Both the position numbers and the translations under genes were made by a program. The notes beneath the pieces are model-generated. The model made no database searches. It saw only the letters and a list, made by a program, of their open reading frames with translations, and was not told the DNA's origin. From NCBI RefSeq assembly GCF_964204645.1, contig NC_134033.1, positions 9,308,655 through 9,372,654 on the forward strand: a stretch of 64,000 bases of DNA. Direction: 5' to 3'. Shown in pieces: positions 1 through 14,600 of the stretch; the stretch's first letter is position 1, and each line of letters opens with the position of its first letter. The DNA is from Tubulanus polymorphus (taxonomy: Eukaryota > Animalia > Nemertea).

Positions 1-1055
1 AATTGTTCTTTCTTTTGATATCCCTCCCGAGCCGAAATCTTTGACTTATACAGTCAGGGTTCGATACACTGCCCTCCGATACGTCGCCAGACTTGCTTAT
101 CGCCAACAATTTTAAAAATACGGAAGCCTATATCTCTGTTTTACGACAATTCTGATTTACCGCCATCTATCACCTCTGCGTACTGCCACCGCCAATGAAT
201 CTCCTTATATGTACATTCCTATACAAACACAAAGTTAGAATGTTCGATATTGCACCAGTGAAAAAGTGATTGCCCGGTAATCTACCAACGGTCTCTCAGT
301 TTACCGTTTTTGCAAGCATTGCGTCATCATCGTATTGCCGAAATCCCATTGTTTTTCAAACTTACTGGCAACTGTAGTTTGTAAATGATATTGTTGACCA
401 CACAACCACAGAACTGAAAACATTTAACGTTCGATGCTCATTAGACAACTCTGGCTGTTCCTCTGTTACGATTTCAGCTACATTTGGCACTAGACTCCGG
501 CAAAGTTTTGTGACCGCGATAGTATACGAATCACCCCTTGAGTACATGGTGATCAATTTAGATTATTTACCTAAAACGTATGTTAATAGACTGAGCTCTG
601 GGGTCATCTAAAAAAGTACAGGCTAAAGGTTTACATTAACGTCTGACATGATGATTCGGTAACCCCTGTAATTAATACCCCGATACACCGCCACACTATC
701 TATTACACCGTCAGACTCACGAATCCCAGATGCTGGTATATTGAGATATTACTGTGTTCTAATTTACTCACCTTATCTGGTGTGTTCAGTACCCGCTACT
801 CTCTTTCTACTCCATTCTGACCAAATCTAACATTTCCATATAATAAATATATATGTTTTGATAATAGTTACTAACAGTAACTAACAGCTCGTTACTATTA
901 AAAACTAAGGAATGCAATCTATGTCCTGCAGCAAAAAATTCACCATTATAGATTGTGTCATTGATTTTGTCATTGACATGTCCTACGGTATTCGAGGCCC
1001 CACTTTTCACTTTTTTCGGTACTCGTCTCAATTTAGTCAAATCGTATCATTCCAG

Positions 1056-1325
1056 ATAACAGATGTCCGAATTCGGAAAATGTGCACTGGATTATTGCAA
1101 AGGACCATGGTATCTTAGGACATAACGACAAAATATTGAACGGTGTAAGCAATGTTGACGAGTGCCAGCAACTATGCTTGACTGAAAAGTCATTTTATTG
1201 TCGTTCTCTAGAATACTACGTCCCTGGCCACGCCTGTTATTTGTCCAAAAGTAATAAGAAGTCAGCCAGTAAATACTATGAGAAACAGCCCGATCACATA
1301 TACAGCGAATGGAAGTGCTCAAGAG
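1056..1325 (+). CDS. Gene A internal exon: PAN/Apple domain
   Basis: AG|...|GT exon, phase 1 at both ends. Translates to NRCPNSENVHW...VSNVDECQQLCLTEKSFYCRSLEY...CYLS...YSEWKC, a PAN/Apple cysteine pattern. Upstream exons are not identified (probably before the window). Confidence 0.85.
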
Positions 1326-2801
1326 GTAAGGGTTTGTTAGTTACACTTATAAGGGCTTTTCACTTTCGGTTGAAAAAATTCGGGTTAAGAGGGGGTTGGT
1401 TTTTAAGGACTCTCGCCTTAGCGAAGTCTATTTCGCTATCGTGTATGAGACTTTAAATTATTATCATTATTATTATCATTTTCTTCCTTTGTACAAGATA
1501 CATTCTTAACGAGACATTAGTTTCTCTTCGGAACTTTCAAAACATTCAACGCAGTAATAAAATCTCTAACCCTATTGAATTCCACCGGAATGCGTTGCTA
1601 ATTTACCAATTTAGTTATTTATTTGTTGTGTGAAGTACATTTCGTTTTGACTACAAAACTATTCTTTGAAAAAGAAAGAATACAAATCAAATAGATCTTT
1701 ATATGATTTTTCATAAGCAATACTCTTGCTCCAAACAAGCGCCAGTTTTAAAGGTAAATGAATTGGCCAATGTGCGATTTATTATGAGCTGGTGAGAAAA
1801 CTTTGCCACAAAACTTTGTATGCTTTGTATACACTGGCATTTAAACCAGCAAGGCAGAAATCCGTAGTCGCTACTTTGCAGCTATATTTCATATTATTGT
1901 TTTAATTTTGGGATACTCTTCTCAGACTATATATAATTATACATGCATATAGGGGTCGCATACATGCATATATACATGCAAAATAGCGTTAACTGTTACC
2001 GCGTTGGTATAATACAGGGATGACATGCAAGATTCTGAAATTTTCAAATATTAACTTTCTCATCTTCTACTCTTTTCATATTATGACACAAAAACCGGAT
2101 CTCTCACAATTTTTGTACCGACAAGAGAACCCTAAGATCCAAAGAGATATTTTAAATTGACTAGGATGATTTTTTGCCAGTGAAAACAAATTTAGATTTC
2201 TCATTGAATATTTTGTTATACTCCTCACGCCATGTACAGGATTTGTTTTCATTCCATCCGTCAGTCGCCGAGAGTACCATATCGTCGAGTGGCGAAGTTT
2301 GTAATTTTCATTAGAAAACACTCACTCGCACTGTGCTTTCAAAAAATAAAATCCGGGCTGGTTTTTATTTCGAACCCTGTTGTCACAATAATCTACCGGT
2401 ACTCTTCCAACCGGTCTCAACCGCTAACTGCGCAGTGATTGGGTTGAACTATCTACGGTCAAGTAGAGCTCAGAGATAGAAGGAAAAAGGAAAACTACAT
2501 AGAAATTTTCTGACGACGAGATTTTCTATTCTAATTTCACATATTTTCCAAAATATTCACATATTTTCACATTTTCTCCACACAAATATTTTTCTTCAAT
2601 TACTTTTCAAAAATGTTCAGGTTTTTTACATTTTTGACATCCCTGCATAATATGAAATGGTGCGTCATGTGGAGAACCTCTATAGCGGTTTTGTCATGTA
2701 TATTTGCTGTTAAACATTTTAAACATTAAGTTAACCTGTTGAATTTCAATCTAGCAATCTTAAACATAGTGCCTTTGCTTTAATAATGTATTCTTTTCTA
2801 G

Positions 2802-2969
2802 ACAAGATTCAAACTTATGGTGGCGAGGGATCGGGAAATATGTGTGTATTTCCATTCATTTACAAAGGTCGGCAACACAACTCATGTATCATGACTGCTA
2901 CGAGGAAGCAGCCATGGTGCGCGACTTCTCGACACGTTGGGGAAATTTCAAATTGGGGATATTGCTCAG
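2802..2969 (+). CDS. Gene A internal exon: fibronectin type II domain 1
   Basis: tttctag|...|gtagg, phase 1. CVFPFIYKGRQHNSC...PWCATS...WGYC is the FN2 consensus. Confidence 0.9.
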
Positions 2970-5503
2970 GTAGGAACAATTATTTAATTGAAAATGTACT
3001 TTCAGATTGCCAGAAAGTCAGTCTGAGTCCATTTTACATCAAGTACTCACAATATCGACGAACAATAATCAGATTGTGACCAATAAGTTCGTTGAGGGCT
3101 GGGATTTTGTTTTACTAATAGCTTCTATAAGAGAATAACTAAAACTACGTTACAGTATTAAATTAACAAATCAAGTGTTAGGTGGTCTGAGGAAGTAAGG
3201 GGGGTGGGGGAGGGTCGCAAGCAGACAACAACACCCTCTTCGGAAGGGATAATGATAGAAAGAATTCCGTAGGAACTTCTGCCTGAATTCGTTCTGCTAT
3301 CCTCAACTGAAAAGAATAACCAGCAATAGGGAAGTTTCCAGTTTTCAGGCGCCATTTTGAGGCGGTCCCAGAGGTCCCGCATTGTTGGACAGATTCTAAC
3401 ATTTTTCTAAAACCTCTAGCGCGATTAATTGTCGTCGATCCCTCTTTTGGCACAAAATTTAAACGTATGAATCGTTAGAAAGGTGACAATTTCTATTTTC
3501 TGATGGTGTTCATATCATTTTTCGCGGCTGCAACAATCGAACACAGTTACAGTTGAAAAAAGATACGTCACTTTTAGGAAGGCGCCTAAAAAAAATTGAT
3601 GATTTTGTGTCATTTGCTGTAACTTTTTCATTTTTTGAGATACAATTTAGAATTTTTCACAGAAGATAAAGTTTTATCTGTGGATTATGTTGATACTGCA
3701 TTCGCAAAAATATCTTCATAGAAACGCGTGTGGCTACCGATTGAGTCAAGCGCAAAGCGCGCGCGAGTGGTTGACCGTCGATTTTCTGCATACGCAGATT
3801 ACGCTATTTTCATGGAATTTTTCAGAATTTATAAGATTTTTTTAAATTAAAATCATCGTTTGATTGTTTCCATGTAAAATTGAGGGAGTCTCTTCAGGGT
3901 AGAATTCATATAAGCTTAGGGTTCAGTAGAAATTCAAGTTTTTCATTAGCAATAAACATAAAACAAACAAAAAGGTGCATCAGTCAATTTGTTCCGGGTG
4001 GTAGCAAAATATGAACAGTGGAATATTTCATATATTTACAATCAATATGATGGACTCTAAATATTCAATATATTTACAATCGAGATGATACCCACTCGAA
4101 TGGCAATTGCAAAACGGTCTATGTTTATTTTTCCAAAATTTGCCTGAGAGGCAAAATTATATATGGAAGATTAGAGACATTGCATTTACTTATGTAATGT
4201 GTAGCATTACATGTATTGCACAACAAACCAACGATCTATTCAAAAGATGTTTGATGTCTGAAAACATACCAAATGCAGTTAATCGGTTACTTAGCATAGG
4301 GATTGGATCTAGTCCAGAAAAATTCGTTAAAAAAACTTGTCTTATCTGACCAAGAATGATCAAAATCGTCGAACGCTAAACATCGGACCGAGCGCCGAAA
4401 AATGCCATCTGACCTTACAGTTAACAGTTTTTTTTACACTTGATTTACAGTTAATGTTTGAAATCACAACGGCTCCGCAACTCCTTTAAGCTTGGATCAT
4501 GTGAAATCCAATTGTGGTCCAAGTTTATCAAGTTCACAACACTCGGTGTCAACTCCCGGTGTTAAATTATATCGGAACCACTAGCAAAAACATTATAGCG
4601 TTATCTGCAATAAGCGTAAATTTCAAAATGCGCAGTCATATATGTCAATGATAAAAAGTAACGGTTCTCAGACTGAACCTTGAGTCACACAAGTAGATAT
4701 ATTTAAGAGTCGTGATTTACAGTTTTCAATTCGAAAAGTTTTTCGCCTGTTTTCGACTTCAATTCCATTTAAACTGCCTGACCTTTGATTTCATAAATAT
4801 CTAATTTTGCCAATCATATTTCATGATTAACTTTATTTTTTTTAAATTTCTGGGCTCTACCCATCGACCGCTCTACCCATCGAAATGAAATTAAGGGGAT
4901 TTGGTTGCTCTAGGGAGTGCGGCTCATCTTTACCGGGCACTCACGCAAAAATGGTTGATACAAGTAGCTAACATAAATTGAATTGATTGGTGCCCTATAG
5001 ACCGTCGGTAACTGATTAGATTTTTAGTCCTGTTGGTCACACGAAAGCAGATATTTGTTCATTTCCTGTAACTCGTGAACGGGTCGACATATGCCCAGGG
5101 TGTATTTTCAGGCCAATGATGCATTTGATGTGGGGATTTGTCATCTTCAACGACATACTATTAGTTCCTTTAAAAGAAGCTCTACAGAAATGAACACCTC
5201 ACGTCCTCGCCATGGCTATTTTTCCATAAGTTTAAACTTCTATCTGAAGTCATTCTATTTGCTATCAATATTCCTTCGGCAGAGTGTGCCGGTCTTACCT
5301 ACTTACCTCTCTGAACCGTTCCTAACCGTTCCTAGACCTAAGTGTCTATTCATTTTCGATCAATCTCTGTAGATAGATGGCATCTATCCGAAATTTCAGT
5401 GGCGCATGTTCTTGATTATTGTTCGTCAAAATTGTCGATATTTTATAAACCCATAGATCACAACTAGTCTACATTGATTTCGAGCCCATTTTGATTATTT
5501 AAG

Positions 5504-5674
5504 AAACGATCCGCGCATATGGAGGAAACGTACCTCGGGGAAGCTACTGTATATTCCCATGGAAATACCAGGGTGACCTTTATTACAACTGTACTACAAA
5601 ATATTGGAACGGACGTGCCTGGTGCTCTACTACTGATGACTATGATAAAAATAAACTGTGGGGATATTGTGGAG
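5504..5674 (+). CDS. Gene A internal exon: fibronectin type II domain 2
   Basis: tttaag|...|gtaatt. The frame is not in the ORF track and reads TIRAYGGNVPRGSYCIFPWKYQGDLYYNCTTKYWNGRAWCSTTDDYDKNKLWGYCG. Confidence 0.9.
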
Positions 5675-5763
5675 GTAATTAGACAGCGTATTCTATCTTT
5701 ATCTATGGTCTTATTTATTTCTCATTTTTTGTATTCAATATTGTTAAATCGATTCCATTCCAG

Positions 5764-8700
5764 ATCGTGTTTGCGCTGTCGGATACAATCTTCAGAAACA
5801 TAAATGTAAACCAATCACCGAGGGCAGCGTCAAAGTGGACCCGATCTCGAATCTAACCGGAATTCTGACCCCAAGTACAGATAACACAAAGGGAAGAGGT
5901 GGCCTAAATAATACCAAATCGAATAATGACCATAACAATGCCACAAAAAAGGGCGGTTCAAGTAATACCAAGGTAAAAGATGAACACGATAAAACAAAAG
6001 TTAGTCCAGGTGGAACCAAGATTAATGCTGGTCCAAAAATTACCCCCGTAAATGATAGTCTAGTTAATACCACGGGAAAAGAAGGTCCAAATGACACCAC
6101 GACAAAATTTTGCCACGGTAACGTCACGAAACAGGTTGGTCCAGATGATACCAAGATAAATGCTGGTCCAAAAACGACCACGGCAAGAGTTGGTACAGTT
6201 AAATCCACAGAAAATGGTAATCGGAATGATACAATGGCACAAGTTGGTACAAGTAATAACACAGCAACTATTGGCCCAGCTAACACCACGGTGAATTGTG
6301 GTCTGAATGGATCCAAGACGAATGGTGGTCTGAATGATACCACGGCACAAATCGGAACAAGCAATACCACACCAAGGGTTGGTCCAGATAATACTACATT
6401 TACTGTAGACGGTAGTGTGCATGATATAACGGCAGAAGTGGGTTCAAATAATACCGGGGCAAAAGGTAGTCTAAAAAATAGCACGGCTAAAGATGGTCCG
6501 AATTATACCACTGCCCAAAATGAGCTAGCTATCACCACAGCACAAGGGAAAACAAGTCATTCCCATCCAAAAGATGCTCCAGGTATTACTGGTGATCCAA
6601 ATATTTCCACGACAAAAGACGGTTCAGATAACACCATGGCACACGAAGGTCCGAATGAAATTGCACCAAAAGGAGGTCCAATTAATACAACAACAGAAGG
6701 TGGCCCGAATACAATCACAGCAGATGGTATGCAGAAGGCAAAAGGTAGTCTAAGTAATACTACAGTGAACGGCTGCACTAAGAACACGACTGAAAGAGTT
6801 GGTCAAAATAATACAACAGCAAAATTCCGTTATAATAGTACGACTGCGGCAGTTCGTAAAAACAGTATAAGGACGAAAATTGATTCCAAGAATATTACTT
6901 CAACGAGTGAGCCAAACACAAGACCTTCAAAGGTTCACCTAAATAACACAACGGCAAAAGTTGAACCAACCGCTGAACAAAATTATACAACGACCACAGC
7001 TGGATCAAGTAATGTGTCGGATAAACACCCCAACAATGGCGCAGATACAACACCTGAATCCAACCATATAGCAAATGCAAATTCCGCCACAACCACCAAA
7101 GGCAACTTAAACAGTGTAAGTAGTATCATAACCACATCCAATTCAAATAAAACAAATTGTACATCAAATATAAGAATGACAACAAAGAGCGTCCCACGAC
7201 CGATGGCTATGAATTCCGAACTGCGAACAAATACAACGAAAGGCAATGAAATTCCTGTAAATATACGGTTCACGACGGGTCATAGTCAAACAAAAGGGCA
7301 TAAACGACGAATCCATGAAAATACATCCACGATTAAAGATAGAAGTTCTATTGAAGGAAAAGTTCACATAATGAAGCATTCGGGTACGTCAGAGGATATG
7401 AGTAAAACAAAAAATGCGAAGAATGAATCGACTAAAGCATTGAAAGGAAAAACTACGAATGTTATAAAATACACAACAACGAAGAGCGTGCAAATCAAGA
7501 AAAGAACAGTCAATCGTAGACTAGCAGCCGCGTCAAAGAAAACATTTTCTATAAAAGGACTAACGACAACAGTTAAAGCAAGGAAACCTAAAGATAGTGT
7601 AAACAGAAAAGTTGCTTTACTAAAATTAGCCGGAACAAATAATGAACAATATCATTATGGGAAACCGATTACCCCGAAGATTATATTAATTGCTGGTAAC
7701 ATAATGATAACGGTAAGAGCAAAGCAGGATAGAGGGCGATTGGGGAAATCCACTGACCACTATAATGGCATCTCCACCCAGTCACCCAACCACTTGAGTT
7801 CCGATAGAAGAAGCCCTAACCAGAAAAAGGCGCAAGTTCAGCAGAATAATCCAAACGATGTAATAGATACATCTACAAAGAATATGACGGGCAATCCAAC
7901 AGAGAAAATGAAGGGTACAACAACAATGAACACAAAAGGCAAAACATTAAAAAATATAAAAGCCAGAACAACTGTGGGCAGGAATAGCACGACGAAAATA
8001 ACAACACATAGCATAAATAAGCCCGGAGCTAAAAGAAACAAAGTTTTAGGAACAATGAACAAATCAATTATGACAACAAAGCCTAGTCCGACAACGAAGT
8101 CTAAGAGAAAACCGTCGACTAGAATATCGACCGATGTAACAAAATATAACCAACCAAAAATTGCAACAGAGATCAAGATGGGCAAAATAACAAAGGTTTT
8201 GAAAGGAAATAAATATCTATCAACAAAGAGCAAAACAAAGCGTAGTCAAGTACTGGCATCAAAGTTTAGGAGGCGACTGACAACCAAAAAAGCAAAAATT
8301 TTGAAAAAACATAATCAACTAAGGGTGACAACAGAGAACAAGCAGAACATGATTGGCGGACCATCGAATGATAATGAAGGCAACACAAGAGATCAGAAGA
8401 AGGGCCTTGAAAAAAAGAACACAGATAGGATAAACACACCAATGAAAGCAAAAGGAAAGACAGCTCTTAAAACCAGGAATAAACCAATCATGATAACAAA
8501 GCTAAGTAAAGGACTGACAACAAAGTGTAAGGGAGGACACTTTTCTAGAATAACACACATTGTTACAAAATATGGTCAACCAAAAATAACCACCAAGAAC
8601 AAGCAAGCTACCACCAAGAAGGCGTCTACTATAAGAGGCTTATCTTCTGCACTCCCTCCAATGCCCACGAGGAAATCCAATACCGTTCCTGGTATTCGTA

Positions 8701-11315
8701 AATCTGACGGAACTAATAATGACCCATCGCTCATTCGAACATTTGGAGGTGGTGGTTTGCATCATAATGTGAAACCAGTGACTCCAAAAGTCGTTCTGAT
8801 TAATGGCCATATCATGATCGTGGAAACAGAACAAAAAAGTAAACATCCGAGTTTGCCCAATGGCAAAGAATATGAAACAGCTCAAAAGGCTCATGACAAA
8901 GATGACAAACAACGTTTTCCCTATAGACAAGAGGATAAGACACTTGGTAGAAATGAAAATAAGGAAACTACAATGATTTCGATTGCCCGCACAGGTTCGC
9001 CCATTACAAAGGGTATCAAAGTACATTCAAGAGAACCAAATGCCCATCAGACTTTGCATGATAGAGGTGGCAAAAAGCAAACACACGGTCTCGCAAGAAA
9101 TATTCAGAGTACCTCCAATAGAAAAGAAAATGAAAGACTCCGAAGCAGCAGAATGAAAGCGGTGGATTTTTCAAATACCCACCCAACTGATTGGGGAGAC
9201 AAAAAGGCACCTGCAAATACACCAAAAAAGAACGTGAAGTTACCGGATAAAACGGAGAACAGAGCCCCTATTAAGCGACCAAAATATCATCCGAATCTGC
9301 CTGAAAGAAAGTATAAAAAGCCCCCTCTAAGAACACCGAATTCTGCTCTAACTAACACTGACGATAAGACCCCCGTAAAACAATCAGATGAGCGACAGGG
9401 CTTTCCTAGAAGAAAATACAATATGGCACTACAGAATACACCCAATGTCCACCCTAGGTTAGCCGACAAAGAACAACTAATAACTTCAACGGCGCCAAAT
9501 ACCAGCCCACGTTTGCCCAAGAAAGGCGACAGTAGGGGACCCGATGAGACCCCGAATGCTCGATCGCGGTTACCAGATCGACAAGTAAATAAAGGATTCA
9601 AGAGAAACCTTAACAACCAAGCGAGTTTACATGGTCGGAAGGCTATAAAGATGTCTTCTCATAAAGCAAATACCCGCTTTCGTTTGCCCAATATGAAATA
9701 CACAAAGGCTACCACAAATAAACCTAATACAAGTCCAGGATCACCTATCAGAAAAAGCAATGTCGGGACTTCTACGGCTCGCCCGAATAAAAGAACCTTT
9801 ACACCTACGTTTGGGCCACATACTCGCCAAATTTTGCCCAAAAGAAATGGTGGCAATGAAGCAGACGCAAAGGAATCTGATAGACGCCCAGGATTTCGCG
9901 ATTGGAAAATTAAATGGGGTGCCACAGAGGCTTCAAATACTGCTACTCTTAAGTTACGAAAGCCTGCTTCCGAGAGACCTGTACAAGAACCGGGGCTTAA
10001 AAAATCGGCCGCTCACATTCAACATAAGCTAAAACGTAACCAAAAGCCATTAGGCCAAACCACTGGATCAAAAGAAATTGGAACTACCCATGATACACCA
10101 AAGTTAGTAACGTCTCTAACAGACCATAAACAAACGAAAATCACCCATAAAAATATCAAACCAAAAATGGATCCCGAGAGCGCGCTACCGAACGTTGCCC
10201 GCCCATTCTATTTGCCTGCAAAATCAAAAGTCGTGAAGAAGTACAAACCTTTAGTTCGCCATAAAGTGCCTCTCGTCGGTAACACAGGGAACGGTGAAAC
10301 ACTTGAATTACAAACAGAACTGATCCAATCCATAAAAAAAGTTTTGTCACACGTTAGAAACTTTCATACTGGCCTCGTAAAAGCAGTAACTGGTGGAGAT
10401 CTCCTGCACCCATCTGAGAAAGGACATCATCTTGATGATAGGTTACATAAACCACATAACGCTGGCTCGGGACAGAGACCGGAAAATGGTAGCCATAAGG
10501 GACGATTCCTAGGCACGCATAAGAAGCTCAAGAAAGCGAGTGAAAAACCTAAAACGAAGATTGTACGACCAGACAAAATGAAAAAGATAGATACGGTAGT
10601 TGAAAAAGATGTACAACGCAGGTTTACACATTTCCATAAAAAGACATCGAATGAGCGGAAAATCAAAAAACCCAATACGAAACCAAGCATTCTACCAAGC
10701 GAAGTACAGCCGATGGCAGATTTGCGAAAGGTGTTACATCCTCGTTTAGCAGGAAATAGTTCGCCTAAACGTATTGGTGGCAATAGGAAAGAATTGCAAA
10801 TAGTGAAACCTGATGTGAGGTCATCGCCTACAAAATATCCGGTTACCCTTAAACCGATAATAGGAGGGGAGAAAAATATCATTGACAGATTGCAAAAACC
10901 TAAAACATACACTATCAAAACATTAGTGAAACCATTAGTCGAACATCCTCCTGCAAAATCTAAGCATGGAATACAGTTGACAACTTTGCCTCCAAAGATA
11001 CAAGAAAGAATCAGTGAAACGCAGAAGGAAATAAACAGGGATGAATCAAAAGCGCTGTTTGACGTTAAAATGATTCATTCGAAGAAAGCGCACACTGAAA
11101 CGAACAATGACTACAAAAAAAGGAATACGGGGGTGAAATATTCGGAGTTCATAAAACTGAGCAAGGCTGATCTTATTAAACTACTTGAAGGAATGCACGG
11201 AGAATGGAAAAAGAAGAAACGCCACAAATCTGATAAAATACACATAAAAAGACATAAAGACTTTGTTGAAGTAACAGATGCAAACGAAAATGATGGGATA
11301 GAAAAAGATAATTAA
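5764..11315 (+). CDS. Gene A terminal exon: ~1850-aa low-complexity region (Thr/Asn mucin-like repeats, then Lys/Arg/Thr/Pro-rich basic region)
   Basis: Acceptor ccattccag| at 5763 is in frame with ORF 5835-11315 (1826 aa, no stops). Many N-x-T sequons in the first ~450 aa. Joins the FN2 exon in phase 1. Confidence 0.8.
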
Positions 11316-11676
11316 TTGTTTTCCATTCAATAGTATCCTATTTACTATTGAAATGTTTTGCAAACCTTTTCTCAGAACTGTGTTAACAAAAAAAGTACAA
11401 AGACTTCTTGAAGCCATAGATACAAAAGTGAATGATGGGATTTTAATGGACAAATATTCCTTATTGATTCAATATCAATAAATTTATCATTGGAATTTTG
11501 CGCGAACATTTTGCCTGACCCTTGTAAACATGAGTACATTTGCATGAACAGAAAGTACATGTACATCATTCTCGTGATCGAATGCCAATGTAATTCGGCG
11601 TTCTTACACTATCCAACGAAAAATGCAGCATCTAAACGTATAATATTTTGTAATAAATACGGTTATGGTATTCTAA

Positions 11677-14600
11677 CTAGTTGTTAATTTCTATTCTACT
11701 CCAGGCAGATATTCGTTCGTTCGGTCGTTCATCGTCCATTGGTCTCTTAACAGCTATTGTAGCGAGGTTTACTCTGGGAGTCGTAGATCTTACAAGGTTT
11801 CCTTCTGCACCCACCTGTTCAAGGGGCCCCCGCATTGTCTTGAACTTTGAAAGGACCATTCTAGCCATCTACGGAGGTTAGAAATAGGATGGTAAAATGT
11901 GAAAAAAATGTGTTCATAAAGTGGGCAACATTGCACTTTTTACTTACTGTGTCTCGTCTTCTGGTTTTGTATCGGTATATCAATACTTCAATGACTAACG
12001 CCAGAACCCCACCAGCTAACCCAATAGCCATGAAAATGAATACACCACCTAAAGATGCCATGGTGACGCCCGTGCTCGTATTCTCAGTAGGACAGCTCAC
12101 CCTTTCTCGGTTCCACCAATAAGTCTTCGTCGTTTCTAATATTCGCTCTTTTTGTAACGTGAGAATTCTGGTAATAAGAATACATATGATATGGTATTTC
12201 CAAAGCAAAACTCGCTGCATGTAAGGTAAAAAATATTTTGATACATATTGAATCAGCAGATGTTCTATTGCCAACAATACACTCATAATAAGGGCGGCAT
12301 TGCCTTTGTTGCCTTAGCAAGTTAACAAATTTCAATTTTAATTTGATTTAATTTCAAATATATTTTTATCAAATTTGCCATTATGAGGATTTACAGACAG
12401 ATTTTTATACATTCCCAAAGAAAGTCAAAGCAATGCGTTAATTGTATACATAAATTAGTAAACTTACACTTGATTCACCTGTTTAACAAGTGGTGAATTT
12501 TCTTTCATCGCTATTCCATACGGTTTAGAACTGAACGCCTCCCCAATGTGTAACAAATCACAGCTTTTTGATACTGCGTACTTAACTATTGGCGATTCTG
12601 TCAGGAATGCGAACTTTCCTTTACTTTCCTTCACTAAACGCATGCCTTCCTCGGACGATTTTACGAATCCAGTTCGATTCATCACCTTCCATATGTCCGT
12701 ATATTTCTCCCCGAGTGGATATTCCCATACTGCGTACTTAGCTAGCTCACTTGCCGTAGCTTCCTTTCGCAAACTTATCTCCTTCCACATATCGTAGAAA
12801 TTGCTCTCTATCTCCGCCATTTTTTTGAAGTAGGTCTGCATACTGGTGCCATCTAACGTCGTGTATTTGATGATGCTTTGTTTGGTAAGATCCTCCAATG
12901 AATTGACGGTTACGGAGAGACGGGATACGGTATTAAATGCGGCTAAATTGGCCGTGTACATAGACATCATTATAGTTGAGAAGAACCAGAATCCGGCGAC
13001 AAGTAATCGTGCAGAGCTTGCTCGTGGAGCGTAACATTCACCTAGAAATCAATCATGAAATTTAAACTTCAAATAAGGATTTCACTGTAGAGTCAGTATG
13101 GAACATCATTGGCGCCTAATCGTATTCAGGCCACATGAAATCAATACCTTGATCAACGGGAGTAACAACTATTTTAGAACTCACGTGTCAGTGTCACGTA
13201 TCACTATGATTTTCGTCAAACATGAATTCACCTTCAGATGACAGTCTTAGATCTGTTCACAAAGTATTCATTTCATGTGGTACCAAGGATTGTATGTTAA
13301 TTTCATCGTAAGCAAACTACTAGTCTGCAGTATGGAATAACAGCGAAACAATTTATGCTGCCAGTGGTCATTTCGATTATCTAGACTATTGATAGACCTG
13401 ACATTCGAATCGAACTAGAATGGAAGTGAAATATCTAAATCTCTCAATTAGCTCTTCTCCAGTCTATGGTTCTATTTATCCTATTTCGAAACACATCTCG
13501 TAAGAATCGTAGGTTTTGAATATCGAACACGTCTAAACCCTTTCCGTTGAACGTACCAGCAGCAGTGTAAGAGCCCATAACAAACCAGAAACTTTCCTTC
13601 AGAGTAAAAACCTTTCCCCCTTCCGGGTAATCATCGCGTCGGTTCTGGTAACTGAATGGACTGAACTTGTCGAACGTGTAAACCAAGAAACTAACAGCAG
13701 TCAGTACTGCTACGTTGCACAACCAAACCTCCCACGTAAACACTGTCAGAAATTTAAGTAGATTCGAATCTTCTTTTCGCTTCGACATCAGAATCTGTAT
13801 TCCAGCAAATTCGTAGTATGGAATACTGAAATCAACTACCTCCTCTCGCTCTGACGTAACCGATAAAGAAGTAACAGCCAATTCTGCCGTCTAAAATTAA
13901 AAAGGTCGATTAGGAGCTAGAATTCACACAGAAAATGAACGTGGTAAATTGTGACCGTAGCTGAAAGGAAATACTTTTTACATGAAATCCAATCCTCATA
14001 TCTAGTGATCAACATCTAGAAGGATTTAAATGGCATGTCCTTACTTAACCGATGATACGCAACAAAGGAAATGAAGTGTCCGGGTAAGGTTAGGGAATGA
14101 AATCATATTCCTTCACCGATTCTAATTTTCTAAGAACATTTACGTTCATAACGACTGTGTGTTGGATTTTTGTTTGTCTGGCTTTACGTCGCTTGGATCT
14201 TGGTTATTCTCCCCTATTGGATTATTCATTTAACCTCACGACGGGACGGCCTTTGAAGTGTTGCCCGCAAACTGTAAGCAGCCAGTAGGACTCGAATCCA
14301 CTTGTCACTCGGCAATGATAGTGGATGCAACAGCATCACGCCTTATCTCACTGAGCTACTGTGGCATGTGAAAATCCGCTTTGGACGGCCAACCCCGCCA
14401 AACAGACGTTAAAGTCATCATGTGAAGGATAAAGCCATAACGTAAAGTATAATGTAGTAATGTGAAGGACGAACTCATAACGTGAAGGATAATATCATGA
14501 CATGGAGGATCAACTCACGTCATCAAGGATAAATGTCATTTATGTCACCAGATGGCGTACCAGTCGATCGGAAATGAATTCCGTTGTGCACAGGCGTCAA

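Noticed and set aside
5792-10918. Hydrophobic-looking minus-strand ORFs (e.g. 5792-6484, 7838-8233, 10427-10918)
   Set aside because: Antisense shadows of the A-rich, repetitive gene A exon; no domains or splice context.
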